This document shows, piece after piece, positions 21,001 to 31,377 of a stretch of DNA of 64,000 bases. The translations under genes and the position numbers were made by a program. The notes beneath the pieces are model-generated. The model was not told the origin of the DNA. It ran no database searches and saw only the letters and a program-made list of their open reading frames with translations. How positions within the stretch are numbered: the stretch's first letter is position 1; each line of letters begins with the position of its first letter. The DNA comes from an uncultured Gemmataceae bacterium (GTDB lineage Bacteria; Planctomycetota; Planctomycetia; Gemmatales; Gemmataceae): the NCBI GenBank assembly GCA_963750165.1, contig CAVVPN010000011.1, positions 1,920,001 through 1,984,000 of the forward strand. The letters run 5' to 3'.

Positions 21001-21765
21001 ATGACCACCAACTCGCCCTGTTTCAGCCGCCGGACGTGGCGGATTTCCGTGTTGTCCCAGACCAGCAGGTTGTCCGGGCCGGCTATCTTCTTGCCGAGGG
21101 CCACGCGCAATTTCCGTGCAAAGTCCGCGCGCTGCCTGGTGACGTTCTCCGGCAAGACGATTTGCGCGGCCAGTTCGTCGAACAGACGCTCGGTGTCCCA
21201 GCAGGCGGTGACGCCCGCCGCGTCCTGCTTGTGGATGGCCGCGCTCAGGACGTTGAAGAAACGCAGCAGTTCGCCGTCCAGCTTTTTCCGCTCGGCCGCC
21301 GGGAGTTCGTCCCGCGGTGGCAGGCTGCTTTTTTGGCCCCTCATTCTGAAGCTCGAACGCCTGGACGACATCCGCGCGCTCCTCTTTCTGCACGGCGACA
21401 TCGACCGGCCGCGGGGGTGGAAGGGTGTGGATCGGGCTGCTGAGCGCGACCAAGACCAGTGCGCCGACACCCAGTAACACCACCGCGATGACCACCACCA
21501 GGGACGCGCCGAGCGACAGGCCAGACGGTTGGCGGCGCCGGCCGGCCGGGAGCCGCCGCGGGGCGGGGGGGTCATCCAGGCCGTAATCGTCGTCCCGGTC
21601 GTGGCGAACCGGCGCCGGCCGTACCACCGGCAGCGCGGCGGCCATGCCCACGGGCGCCGCGCGGAAGGAGTGCCGGCACGCGGGGCACGTGACTTCCTGA
21701 CCGCGGAACTTTTCGGGCAAGTTCAAGCGGCGCTGGCAACGAGGGCAGTTGATGGTGTCAAGCAT
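18024..21765 (-). CDS. Large zinc-ribbon / TM / TPR-repeat protein; three apparent frameshifts (~21330, ~19640, ~18100)
   Basis: N-terminal CPRC...CPAC, one TM segment, an NTF2-like region, then TPR-like helices across ORFs 20359-21765, 19593-21575 and 18070-19698. The last segment reads FEDFRQRFPEPK...EDGD* to 18024. Confidence 0.75.
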
Positions 21766-21794
21766 GAGGCACCAGAAGGTTTGCGGTCCAGGGG

Positions 21795-21886
21795 ATGCCC
21801 CGGCGAGCGGCGCGGCGTCAGCCCGCCGGTCCTGCGTCAGTTGGTTTCGAACCGGCGGGCTAACGCCGCGCCGCTCGCCGGGGCAT
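21795..21886. repeat. REP-like long palindrome, family B, copy 1
   Basis: Arms GGCGAGCGGCGCGGCGTCAGCCCGCCGGT / ACCGGCGGGCTAACGCCGCGCCGCTCGCC, extended outward by ATGCCCC/GGGGCAT. Confidence 0.9.
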
Positions 21887-22049
21887 TAGATACGCTGGGA
21901 TCAGTATTGGGATACTTTAACGGCCCACCGCTCGATTCGCAAGCAGCCAGTCAACAGATTCAGAACTTCCCGGCGCGGCCAATCCGTCTTGCCGCCGCCT
22001 GGGCGATTGCCGACAATGCCGCCCGACCGCCCCGGCAAAGGAGGCCGTG

Positions 22050-23264
22050 ATGTCCTGGCGATCCGCCCTGTCCGCGCTGCCGTGGTTGCGCCGCTTCCTG
22101 GTCGGCGGCGTCTTCCTGTACGGCGCTGTCGTCCTGCTGTGGGGCGGCCGGCGTTCGGCCCTGGCGGCACTGCTCGCGCTGCTGGCGGCGTGGGCGGCGG
22201 TGTTGGCGCTGGGCTGGCGGCGGTCGCTGCAACGGCCCGGACGCAAGCCGGCCTGGCCGCTCCTGGAAGTCATCGTCAGCAACGTCGCCCTGACGCTGCT
22301 GCTGGCGGAGGTCGGCCTGCGTCTGCTGGCGACGACCGCGCCCGGGGCACTGCTGGTCAGCACCACCCTCGACGCGCACCGGCTGCGGCCCGGCCACGAC
22401 TACGGCGCCGGCCTCTGCGGCAACCGCCTCGGCTACCCCGGCCCTGACCGTGCGCGCGACCGGCCGCCGGGCGTCTTCCGCATCGCGGCGCTGGGTGACT
22501 CCTTCGCGGTCGGCCCGGTGGTGCCCTTCGCGGACAATTACTTGACGCTGCTGGAAAGCCGGCTGTCCGGCGTGGAGGTGGTGAACCTCGGCGTCTCCGG
22601 CGCGGGGCCGCGCGAGTACCGGGCCGTGCTGCAGCGCGACGGTTGGGCGCACCAGCCTGACGCGGTGCTGCTGTCGGTCTTCGTCGGCAACGACATCACC
22701 GAGGAACTGCCGACACCACGCCGCCTTGATCCGCGGGGGCACGCCCTGATACTACTGTGCCAGCGCGGCGTCCGGCTGTGGCAGGAACGGCCGCCCCCGG
22801 CCGCCGGGCCGACGGATCGGCTGCGGCCCGCCTTGCTGCCGGCGACCTTTCGGGCCATTGAGGCTCGCCGTCTGGCCATCTGCGTGCGGCCGCCGACTCC
22901 CGCCGTCGAGAAACAGTGGCAGCGTGCCCTCGGCCACCTCGACGCTTTGGTCCGCGACGTGCGCCGTCGCAACGTGCCGCTCGCCGTGGTGCTCATCCCG
23001 GACGAATTTCAGGTCAACCCGGCCGTGCTGTCCCAGGCGCTGGCGGACGCGGCGGTCGAACCCACGGCGGTGGACGTGCAGTTCCCACAGCGGCGGCTGA
23101 TGGCGTTCTTCGCCGAACGCGGTGTGCCCTGCCTTGACCTGCTGCCGCACTTCGCCGGCGTCCCGGGCACCTACATGCCGCACGACACGCACTGGAACGT
23201 CGCCGGCAATCGGCTGGCGGCGGCGCAGGTGGCGGACTGGCTGCCGCGGATGTTACTGCGCTGA
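22050..23264 (+). CDS. Membrane-anchored SGNH/GDSL hydrolase (AlgX/AlgJ-like)
   Basis: Three N-terminal TMs; ALGDSF (catalytic Ser), NLGVSG, VGND, DTHWN (DxH). Confidence 0.85.
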   Translation: MSWRSALSALPWLRRFLVGGVFLYGAVVLLWGGRRSALAALLALLAAWAAVLALGWRRSLQRPGRKPAWPLLEVIVSNVALTLLLAEVGLRLLATTAPGALLVSTTLDAHRLRPGHDYGAGLCGNRLGYPGPDRARDRPPGVFRIAALGDSFAVGPVVPFADNYLTLLESRLSGVEVVNLGVSGAGPREYRAVLQRDGWAHQPDAVLLSVFVGNDITEELPTPRRLDPRGHALILLCQRGVRLWQERPPPAAGPTDRLRPALLPATFRAIEARRLAICVRPPTPAVEKQWQRALGHLDALVRDVRRRNVPLAVVLIPDEFQVNPAVLSQALADAAVEPTAVDVQFPQRRLMAFFAERGVPCLDLLPHFAGVPGTYMPHDTHWNVAGNRLAAAQVADWLPRMLLR

Positions 23265-23273
23265 AGGAGGTCG

Positions 23274-23360
23274 GGGCGAGCGGCGCGGCGTTAGCCCGCC
23301 GGTGCTGCGAACTTCCTGGCACTGCGCAGCACCGGCGGGCTGACGCCGCGCCGCTCGCCC
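23274..23360. repeat. REP-like long palindrome, family B, copy 2 (opposite orientation)
   Basis: Same 29-bp arms as 21802-21879 in reverse-complement arrangement; different spacer. Confidence 0.9.
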
Positions 23361-23389
23361 GCCGTACGCGCACCTTCCCAACTTTCTGA

Positions 23390-23419
23390 TTGCACTCCCC
23401 CTTGCCGGCGCGCTACTAT
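23390..23419 (+). promoter_or_regulatory. Putative sigma70 promoter
   Basis: TTGCAC, 18-bp spacer, TACTAT; about 40 bp upstream of AAGGAG-ATG 23458. Confidence 0.45.
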
Positions 23420-23457
23420 CGGGCGATCCCGTTCCCGCACCGCGCAAGGAGCAACCC

Positions 23458-26456
23458 ATGAAACGGCGTCTGTTGCTGCTCTTCGTCGTTGTCGCCATCA
23501 TGGTCGCCGTGGCCGCCCTGGCCCTGCAACCGCGTCTCGGTCTGCTGGTCATCGACTGGGCCAACAAGGCCCCGAAGGCGACGCCGCCTGTCGCCGTGCT
23601 CATCGAGTTTGGTGGCAAGGACACCAACCCCGTCGATTACTCCGGCACCGCCACCGTCACCGGCGCGAAGATTATCCACCGCGAAGGCTACCGCTTCCGC
23701 AAGGAAGACAAGCTCGTCGAGCCGAACGGCTGGGTCGCCGGCTCGCACCGCGGCCTGCGCGTGCCGCCGAAGATGCCGGCCATCTCGAAGATGGAGGCCA
23801 TCGCCACCGCCGGTGTCGTGCTGCACCTGGCTGACGTGGCCGACAACGCCGTGCTGACTATCACGCCGAAGGACGGCAAGCCGGCGCAGCAGGTGCCGCT
23901 CAAGGCGGTGCTGTCCGGCCAGCCGTCCCCGATCTTCGACGGCCTCGGTGTGGTGCGGCTGGTGAGCACGGCCACGCCGGTCGCCGTCGGCAAGACGGAG
24001 GACGACTTCCCCGCCGCCTGCTACGGCCCCGACGGCACGCTCTGGGTGGCGTACATCAGCTACACCAACCGCGTCGAGTCCCGCCGCATCGAACAGAAGT
24101 CGTACCTGAAACAGCCCGAGAATTTCAAGGATTTGTACATCCCGGGGGCCGCGGACCAGCTGTTCGTCAAAGCGTACCGCGGCGGCAAGTGGTCCGAGCC
24201 GCTGGCCATCACCGGGGCGAAGGAGGACCTGGCCCGCTGCGCCATCGCGGCGGAGGGCAACGGCACCGTCTGGGTCGTCTACAGTGCGAAGCGCAAGGGG
24301 CCGCATCAGCTCTACGGCCGGCCGATCAGCACGAAGGCCGCCCAGGGGGCGGGGCTGCCCGAGGCCAAGCTCGGCAAGGAAGAGCGGCTCCACGAACGCG
24401 ACAACCCGGTGTTCGCGCCGGTGATGTGTACTGACCAGGCGGGCACCGTCTGGCTCACGGCGCAGGGCCAAAACGTGCCGCTGATGAACTGCCGCAACGG
24501 CGTCTGGCACGAGCGCGTCAACAAGCAGGACGCGGACTTCCACACCCTCGTCTGGTATCCGGCCCTGGCGGCCGGCCCCGGCAACGTGATCGCGGACGCC
24601 CACGACGGCTACGGCGACGGTAGCTATGACATCGGCCTGACACTGTGGGACGCCCGCGAGAACGGCATGAATATCAAGGGCCACGGGATCGCCAGCACGT
24701 CGCGCTTCGAGACCCGGCCGTCGATGGCCTACGACCCCAAGGGCCGGCTGTGGATCGCCTACGAAGACGGCCCGCCGATGTGGGGCAAGGACTACGGCAG
24801 CCTCGACCCGAAAAAGGAAGGGAACCCCCTGTACACGCAGCGCTCCGTGCGCGTCGTCTGCATCGACACCGACGGCAAGTTGAAGAAGCCGGCCGCCGAG
24901 CTGCCGACCTCGGTCGCCAAGGGGCCGAAGATGGCCGGCGACGCTCAGGTGACGAACAGCTTCGAGCGCTCCGCCAAGTACGCCTATCCGAAGATCGGCA
25001 TTGACGGCAAGGGCCGCGTCTGGCTGACGTATCGCCGCAACTTCGGCTCGCGCTACAGCACGCACGCCGGCTCGTTCTGGGTCACCTTCGCCCGCCGCCT
25101 CGACGGCGACAAGTGGAGCGAGCCGATTGAGGTGCATCACTCCGACGGCCTGCTCGACCACCGCCCCGTGCTGCTGCCGCACAACAGCGGTGGCCTGCTC
25201 ATCGTCCACAACACCGACGGCCGCTACAACAAGCCGGAAACCATCGATAACCAGGTGTACATGAGCACGATCAACCTGCCCGGCGAGCCGGTCGAGCCGA
25301 AGCTGGTGGCGCATGACGCTGGCAAGCCCGACCCGGCCGTCGTGCAGAAGGCGAAGGACGAGGCCGCGGCGGTCAAGCGCATGCGCGGCTACCGCGTCAA
25401 GGCGGGCGGCAAGACGTACCAGCTGCTGCGCGGCGAGTACCACCGGCACACGGAGATTTCCTGGGACGGCGGCGCCGACGGTTCGCTGGAGGACATGTGG
25501 CGTTACGCCATCGACGCGGCGGCGCTGGACTGGATCGGCAACGGCGACCACGATAACGGCGCCGGCCGCGAGTATTCGTGGTGGCTGACGCAGAAGTTCA
25601 CCGACGCCTACCATGTCGCCAACACGTTCACGCCGCTGTTCACCTACGAGCGCAGCGTCGCGTATCCGCACGGCCATCGCAACGTCATGTTCGCCCAGCG
25701 CGGCGTGCTGACGCTGCCGCGCCTGAAGGGCGAGAAGGACAAGACGGTCGCGGGCATCCACGCCGATGACACGAAGATGCTGTACCGCTACCTGCACGAG
25801 CACGGCGGCATCTGCGCCGTCCACACCAGCGCCACGAGCATGGGCACCGACTGGCGCGACAACGACCCGAAGGTGGAGCCGATCGTCGAGATTTACCAGG
25901 GTGACCGCATGTCCTACGAGAAGGAGGGGCGCCGCGGGCCGGCTATGAAAAGGACTCCGGCAAGCTGCCGATCAACATCGCCGGCTGGTATCCCAAAGGC
26001 TACGTCGATCTCGCCTTGAAGGACAAGGGCTACCGTCTCGGCTTCCAGGCATCGAGCGATCACTGGTCCACACACATCTCGTTTTTCGTGGCCATCGCAG
26101 AACGGCACGACCGCGCCGCCATCCTCGACGCCACGCGCAAGCGGCACTGCTACGGCGCCACCGACAACATCGTCCTGGACGTGCGCAGCGGTGACCACCT
26201 CATGGGCGACGAGTTCACCACCAACCAGACACCCAAATTGACGCTCACCGTCATCGGCACTGGCAAGCTGGCCAAGGTGGAGATCCTGCGCGACAGCGAG
26301 GTGGTCGCGACGTTCAAGCCGAAGGGGGCGGAGCACCGCAGCGACTGGACCGAGCCGCTGCCGCAACAGGGCACGCACTATTACTACGTCCGTGTGCTGC
26401 AGGCCAACGGCGAGATCGCCTGGGGCTCACCGATGTGGATCACCGTCAAGAAGTGA
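23458..26456 (+). CDS. Secreted beta-propeller + PHP-fold metallohydrolase (DUF3604 / CehA-McbA-like); apparent frameshift at ~25928
   Basis: GEYHRHT, GDHD, YERS...GHRN, VHT, VEIYQG, then QASSDH and HYYYVRV..GEIAWGSPMW. Restoring one G in the GGGG run at ~25926-25929 joins the two ORFs. Confidence 0.75.
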
Positions 26457-26469
26457 CCTTTCCTGGCTT

Positions 26470-26516
26470 CGATTTATCGTTTCGCGCCGGGAGGTATGGC
26501 GCGAAACGATAAATCG
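26470..26516. repeat. Perfect hairpin, family D (REP-like or terminator)
   Basis: CGATTTATCGTTTCGCGCC / GGCGCGAAACGATAAATCG; core shared with 46955-47003. Confidence 0.75.
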
Positions 26517-26662
26517 GGCCGCGGGCGTGTAACCGCGTTCAGGCTGCCCAGGTTACCGCGGTGGGCGGTCAAGTCTTTCCCCAGCTTACCCGATTGAGTA
26601 GAGGTGCCGGCGCGGAGGCAGCCTTCGCGGCCGGCGTTTCCACGGACGGATGTGAGGGACGG

Positions 26663-27169
26663 ATGAGCGCCACGACCACAACACCATTGCACCTGGGGTT
26701 TTTAACGATTCTGCAGGAGAACCAAAGTTACGTGGGCGGCTACCTGGTGACGAACCAGTGGGGCCGGCCACTGGAGTTTCGCCTGAGCACGGCGGTGCAG
26801 CCCAACCGCGTGCAGCAAATCCTGTACGCCGACACGCTGGTGCCGTACATCTGCGGCGACCTGATCGGCAAGACCCTCGTCGAGAAGACCGGCGTGCCGG
26901 TGCAGGCGGTGTTCACCGACACCGAGGCGGCCCTGGCTCTGCGGCTGAAACTGGAGGCGCCGGTAGCGTACCTGCCGCGAGCGGAGCAACCGGTGCCGGC
27001 GGACCCGCGTGAGCGGCTGCGGACGCACACGGCGTTCCCCGATGACGGGGCGCTGCTACGGGAGACGCTGGAGAAGTTGCACCGCGCGTTCGACCTGACC
27101 GAGCCGTTCCAGCGCATCCGCGAGGCGATGGGCGAAGCGAAGAAACTGGGCGTGACCAGCCGAAATTGA
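26663..27169 (+). CDS. Hypothetical protein
   Basis: GAGG upstream; GC3 bias; globular-looking sequence GGYLVTNQWGRPLEFRLST...QQILY. Confidence 0.75.
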   Translation: MSATTTTPLHLGFLTILQENQSYVGGYLVTNQWGRPLEFRLSTAVQPNRVQQILYADTLVPYICGDLIGKTLVEKTGVPVQAVFTDTEAALALRLKLEAPVAYLPRAEQPVPADPRERLRTHTAFPDDGALLRETLEKLHRAFDLTEPFQRIREAMGEAKKLGVTSRN

Positions 27170-27177
27170 TGATGCCA

Positions 27178-27302
27178 CCGCTTGCGGCGTTAGCGCTTTC
27201 CGCCGCTTGTTGGCCTCGGCGTTTCTGATCCCCAAACCAGGGAAGCGATAGGGGAGCCGCCGAACCCCTTTAACGCGCTGCGTGCGCCAAGCCGCCAGCG
27301 GC
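27178..27302. repeat. REP-like pair, family E (CCGCTTGCGGC core)
   Basis: CCGCTTGCGGCGTTAGCG at 27178 and a degenerate inverted CGCCAAGCCGCCAGCGG at 27285; the same core occurs at 44032, 48408 and 55408. Confidence 0.55.
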
Positions 27303-27516
27303 AAAACCATCCGAACCACATCTCGCCGACAGGCGTACAGAGGCCAGTGCCCGCCGGAAAAACAACTCGACTTTTGCGGCCCAGTCACTAAAACCAGTTT
27401 TTAGGGAGCGTCTGAAACTTCATGCACCACGAGCCCGTCGGCGGCCCGTCCCGTCTCGGGGCGGCGCCGCCGCCCGGCCTGCGTTCCCGGAAGCTGCTTA
27501 TCCTGGAGGTAGTCCC

Positions 27517-30500
27517 TTGGCGCTGATCCTCTTCGCGGTCACGCTCTTCGTGAGCGCATTTCTCTTGTTTTTGGTGCAGCCGATGGTCGGCAAGATGATC
27601 CTGCCGAAGCTCGGCGGCACACCCCAGGTCTGGAACACCTGCATGGTCTTCTTCCAGACCGCGCTGCTGGTGGGCTACGGCTACACGCACACGGTCAGCA
27701 CCTTCCTCAAGGTCCGCTACCAGGTGATCCTGCACTGCCTGGTACTGTTCGTGCCGTTCCTGTTCCTGCTGCCAAACCTGCCGTTCAACGTCACCGGCTG
27801 GGTGCCGCCGCCCGGCTCCAACCCCATCCCGGCGACGCTGCTGCTGCTCAGCCTGGTGGTCGGCGTGCCGTTCATGGTCGTGGCCACCAGCGCCCCGCTG
27901 TTGCAGAAGTGGTTCGGCAGCACCGGCCACCCCGCCGCCAAGGATCCCTACTTCCTCTACGGCGCCAGCAACCTCGGCAGCATGCTCGCCCTGATCGCCT
28001 ACCCGGCCCTGGTCGAGCCCTACTTCCACCTCAATGCCAGCGCGGCGTTCGACATCTCCCGCCAGCCGTGGCTGTGGACCGCTGGTTACGCCGTGCTGGT
28101 CGCGCTGATCCTGTGCTGCGCCGCGATGGTGCTGAACGCGCCCCCCACGGTGCAGCTCAAAGGCGCTGCTGCCGGCCCGCGCAGCCTCAGCGACACCGCC
28201 GGCGCTGCGGCCTCGGCCCCGGCGACCACGCCCGAGACGGCCGCCGCGCCGCCGGCGCCCGCCGTCACGGATGTGCCGCCCGTGGGCGACGACCCGGCAG
28301 CGATCCCGCCGCCGGACACCGCGGCGGCCCCGGCCCCGGCTCCCGTCCCCGCCCCGGTGGGGGCGTCCACCGGTGTGGCCGCCGGCGCCCCGCCCAAGCC
28401 CACCAGCCCCGCCACGTCCTTCAAGAAGGGCAGCAAGCAGGGCAAGAAGGGCAAACACAAGCACCAGCACCAACATCAGCAGCAGGCGCAGCCCCAGCAG
28501 CAGGCGCAGCAGTCGGCCGCCAGGAGCACGGCAGTCTCGACGACGCCGTTGCCGCCAGCGCCCAGCGCTCCTGCTCCGGCGGCCCCGACGACCACGACCC
28601 CCACCACGGCCCCGGCGACGCCGCACGACCCCGACGCGATCACGCCTGGCCGCCGCGTCCGCTGGGTGCTGCTGGCCGCGGTGCCGACGAGCCTGATGCT
28701 CGGCGTCACCAGTTACATGTCCACGGACATCTCGGCCATTCCGCTGTTCTGGGTACTGCCGCTGTCGCTATACCTGCTGTCGTTCATCTTCGTGTTCATG
28801 CGCTCGCCGATCAACTGGATCGACCAGGCGCACACGCCGATGCTGTACATCCAGCCGGTGCTGCTGGGCCTGCTGGTGCTGGTGCTGGCGGTCGGCGCCA
28901 ACCAGTTCTTCGGCGGCATCATCAGCATCATCGTCATCAACCTGCTGGCGTTCTTCGCCACCGCCCTGGTCTGCCACGGTGAACTCGCCAAGGACCGGCC
29001 CTCGACCCGGCACCTGACCGAGTTCTATCTGTGGATGTCGGTCGGCGGCATGCTCGGCGGCATGTTCAACGGCCTGGTGGCGCCGGTGCTGTTCCCGAGC
29101 GTCTGGGAGTTCAGCATTGCCATCGTGGTGGCCTGCCTGGTGCGGCCGCGCATGGTGGAACAGGGCTGGACCGAGCAGTTGTTGCAGTACCTGGGCCAGC
29201 CGGTTGATAACGTCCCCCGGAAGCCACACGCCAAGCACCACCACCACGGGGCCCGCAAGCTCACCCAGGTTGCGGAGCCCTCGTCGAACATGAGTTACAC
29301 CCTGGACGTGGTGCTGCCGGCGGCCGTCATGGGCCTGGTGGCGCTGCTGATCTTTGGCATCTTTCAGCAGGCGCGGGGCAACGCCACCGCCCTGTCGATC
29401 CTGTTCGGCATCGGTCTGGTGATGGGCTGCCTGATGTTCGGCCGGCAGCTGCGCTTCGGCCTGGCCGTCGGCGCGATCCTGCTGCTGGCGGCGTTCAACC
29501 GCGGCGGTGGTGGCGCCCTGCTACAGGAACGCAGCTATTTCGGCGTCATCAGCGTGGTCAACGGCACCGAGCCGGTGGTCGAGGGCGACAAGGAGATTGG
29601 GCTGCGCTACGTCCACCTGATGCACGGCACGACGGACCACGGCATGAATTTCTACAAGCCGGAGAAGAAGGACGAACCCGACTACAGCCGCCTGGCCACA
29701 ACCTACTACCACCGCCTCGGCCCGGTCGGCATCGGCATGGAGAAGTTTAACTGGTTCGGCGGCCACATGCCGGGCCAGATTCCGGACTACGACAAGACGT
29801 TCAACACCTTCTGGGCGGACGCGCGCATGCCGGCGTCACTGGTGGGCGGCCTGGGCTGCGACCTGATGGGCGGCATGGCTCCCGGGCTGCTGCCGCTGAC
29901 GCCGGTGGTGGACACCTGGTCGGAGCCGGCCTACGCCACCATCGGTCTGGGCACCGGCACCATGGCCTCCTACGCCCGGCCCTACCAGACCGTCCACTTC
30001 TACGAGATCGACGACCGCATCAAGCGGCTGTCGCTGCCGGTGCGGCCCGGCGACCGGACTTACTTCACCTACCTGGAGGAGGCCCGCAAGCGCGGCGCCA
30101 ACGTCAATGTGCTCATGGGCGACGCCCGGTTGCGCATGGCCGAGCCCTGGAACTACAAGGATTCCAGCGATCCGGCCAAGGCGAACGCGGACATTAACCA
30201 GTGGTGGCAGGACTCCGGCCTGGACCGGCTCAACCCGAAGTCGGACGAGTACAAGGACAAGTTCGCCGAGTTCTTCGACAGGCTGCACGAGCTGCGCGGC
30301 GGCCCGGAGAGCTTCTACCACCTGATCGTCGTGGACGCCTTCAGCTCGGACGCCATCCCCGTGCATCTGATCACCATGGAAGCCATCGAGATGTACATGT
30401 CGCGGCTGGTGCCCGAGGGGGTGCTGTGCGTGCACACGTCGAACCGGCACGTGGAGCTGGTGCCGGTGGTCGCCAAGGTGGCCAACGCGATCGAGCTGCC

Positions 30501-30894
30501 GAAGGTGGTGCGGGTGAACCCGGTGAAGGACGTGCGCCTGAACAGCGGCGTGGCAGGCAAGAAGCAGTCGCTGGTGTGCAAGCGCGGCCACGACAACGCC
30601 TACGGCCGGGATCGTGACGCCGGCATGTTTCTGCTCAAGCACATCGGCCATTACACGTCCGAGTGGGTGCTGGTGGCGCGCGACAAGGAGGACCTGTCGC
30701 ACCTGTTCACGCCGGCGAACAACGACGAGTTGTTCCGGCTGTCGAACGAGAAGCGCAAAAAGGCGGGCCTGGGCGAGCGGCGCAACGAGCCCTACTGGAC
30801 GACGCCGGCGCTGCGGCCGGACCTGCAGGTGTGGACGGACGACTATTCCAACCTGCTGGCCGTGTTCCGCTGGCCGTGGCAGTCGGGCCACTGA
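27517..30894 (+). CDS. Fused MFS-like / spermidine-synthase-like SAM-dependent membrane protein
   Basis: GGAGGT upstream of a TTG start; SAFLLFLVQP..GKMILPKLGG..VWNTCMVFFQ, DPYFLYGASNLGS, CHGELA..RP, IGLGTGT, YEID, GDAR, VDAFSSDAIPVHL, VWTDDYSN. Confidence 0.85.
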   Translation: MALILFAVTLFVSAFLLFLVQPMVGKMILPKLGGTPQVWNTCMVFFQTALLVGYGYTHTVSTFLKVRYQVILHCLVLFVPFLFLLPNLPFNVTGWVPPPGSNPIPATLLLLSLVVGVPFMVVATSAPLLQKWFGSTGHPAAKDPYFLYGASNLGSMLALIAYPALVEPYFHLNASAAFDISRQPWLWTAGYAVLVALILCCAAMVLNAPPTVQLKGAAAGPRSLSDTAGAAASAPATTPETAAAPPAPAVTDVPPVGDDPAAIPPPDTAAAPAPAPVPAPVGASTGVAAGAPPKPTSPATSFKKGSKQGKKGKHKHQHQHQQQAQPQQQAQQSAARSTAVSTTPLPPAPSAPAPAAPTTTTPTTAPATPHDPDAITPGRRVRWVLLAAVPTSLMLGVTSYMSTDISAIPLFWVLPLSLYLLSFIFVFMRSPINWIDQAHTPMLYIQPVLLGLLVLVLAVGANQFFGGIISIIVINLLAFFATALVCHGELAKDRPSTRHLTEFYLWMSVGGMLGGMFNGLVAPVLFPSVWEFSIAIVVACLVRPRMVEQGWTEQLLQYLGQPVDNVPRKPHAKHHHHGARKLTQVAEPSSNMSYTLDVVLPAAVMGLVALLIFGIFQQARGNATALSILFGIGLVMGCLMFGRQLRFGLAVGAILLLAAFNRGGGGALLQERSYFGVISVVNGTEPVVEGDKEIGLRYVHLMHGTTDHGMNFYKPEKKDEPDYSRLATTYYHRLGPVGIGMEKFNWFGGHMPGQIPDYDKTFNTFWADARMPASLVGGLGCDLMGGMAPGLLPLTPVVDTWSEPAYATIGLGTGTMASYARPYQTVHFYEIDDRIKRLSLPVRPGDRTYFTYLEEARKRGANVNVLMGDARLRMAEPWNYKDSSDPAKANADINQWWQDSGLDRLNPKSDEYKDKFAEFFDRLHELRGGPESFYHLIVVDAFSSDAIPVHLITMEAIEMYMSRLVPEGVLCVHTSNRHVELVPVVAKVANAIELPKVVRVNPVKDVRLNSGVAGKKQSLVCKRGHDNAYGRDRDAGMFLLKHIGHYTSEWVLVARDKEDLSHLFTPANNDELFRLSNEKRKKAGLGERRNEPYWTTPALRPDLQVWTDDYSNLLAVFRWPWQSGH

Positions 30895-30929
30895 GCCGGG
30901 TCGCTTGTACCGAATCGTCCTGGCTGTTC

Positions 30930-30961
30930 TTGCTCCCTCCCCCACCAGGGGGAGGGAGCAA
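30930..30961. repeat. Perfect hairpin (REP-like or terminator)
   Basis: TTGCTCCCTCCCCC-ACCA-GGGGGAGGGAGCAA. Confidence 0.75.
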
Positions 30962-31072
30962 ATCCAAGACAATTCCGTGTTAGCGCTCTGCTCCTTAATC
31001 TTGCCGATCACGCAGTTCACGCCGTCCGGAAAATCCTTGTCCGGCTCTTGTGGCGATATCCAGTGAGTGTCC

Positions 31073-31095
31073 CGTGGTGCGGGCGTCTCGCCTGC
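31073..31095. repeat. REP-like unit, family C
   Basis: CGTGGTGCGGGCGTCTCGCCTGC; related copies at 36056-36078 and 49557-49611. Confidence 0.7.
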
Positions 31096-31377
31096 GGGGC
31101 CACACCCTCGGAACGTGCCCTTCCGCACATCAAGCGCCCCGAAACAGCACAATTCACGTACTCTTCCGCACCCCCACCCTCGACATCCCCAGCAGTAGTT
31201 TCCGCAAATCCGTTATAGCAAAACCCCTACAACCAGCGATTCCGGACACCACGTCGGAATCCGGCATAGGTCTTGCAATTATTGAGATAGGGTAACAGAT
31301 GTATCCAATTGTGAAACGAATTACCAGGTCAGCACGGAGACTGCCGTCGGCGAATCCGTGCTCCCTGAAAGCGAGGC

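Noticed and set aside
23416..25824. 802-aa minus ORF, and similar shadows at 7860-10028, 39979-41889, 41936-43975, 53859-56598 and 61221-63005
   Set aside because: Each lies opposite a gene with clear family motifs and has no motifs of its own.
27517..30894. speE call
   Set aside because: The fused membrane family is only spermidine-synthase-like; aminopropyltransferase activity cannot be inferred.
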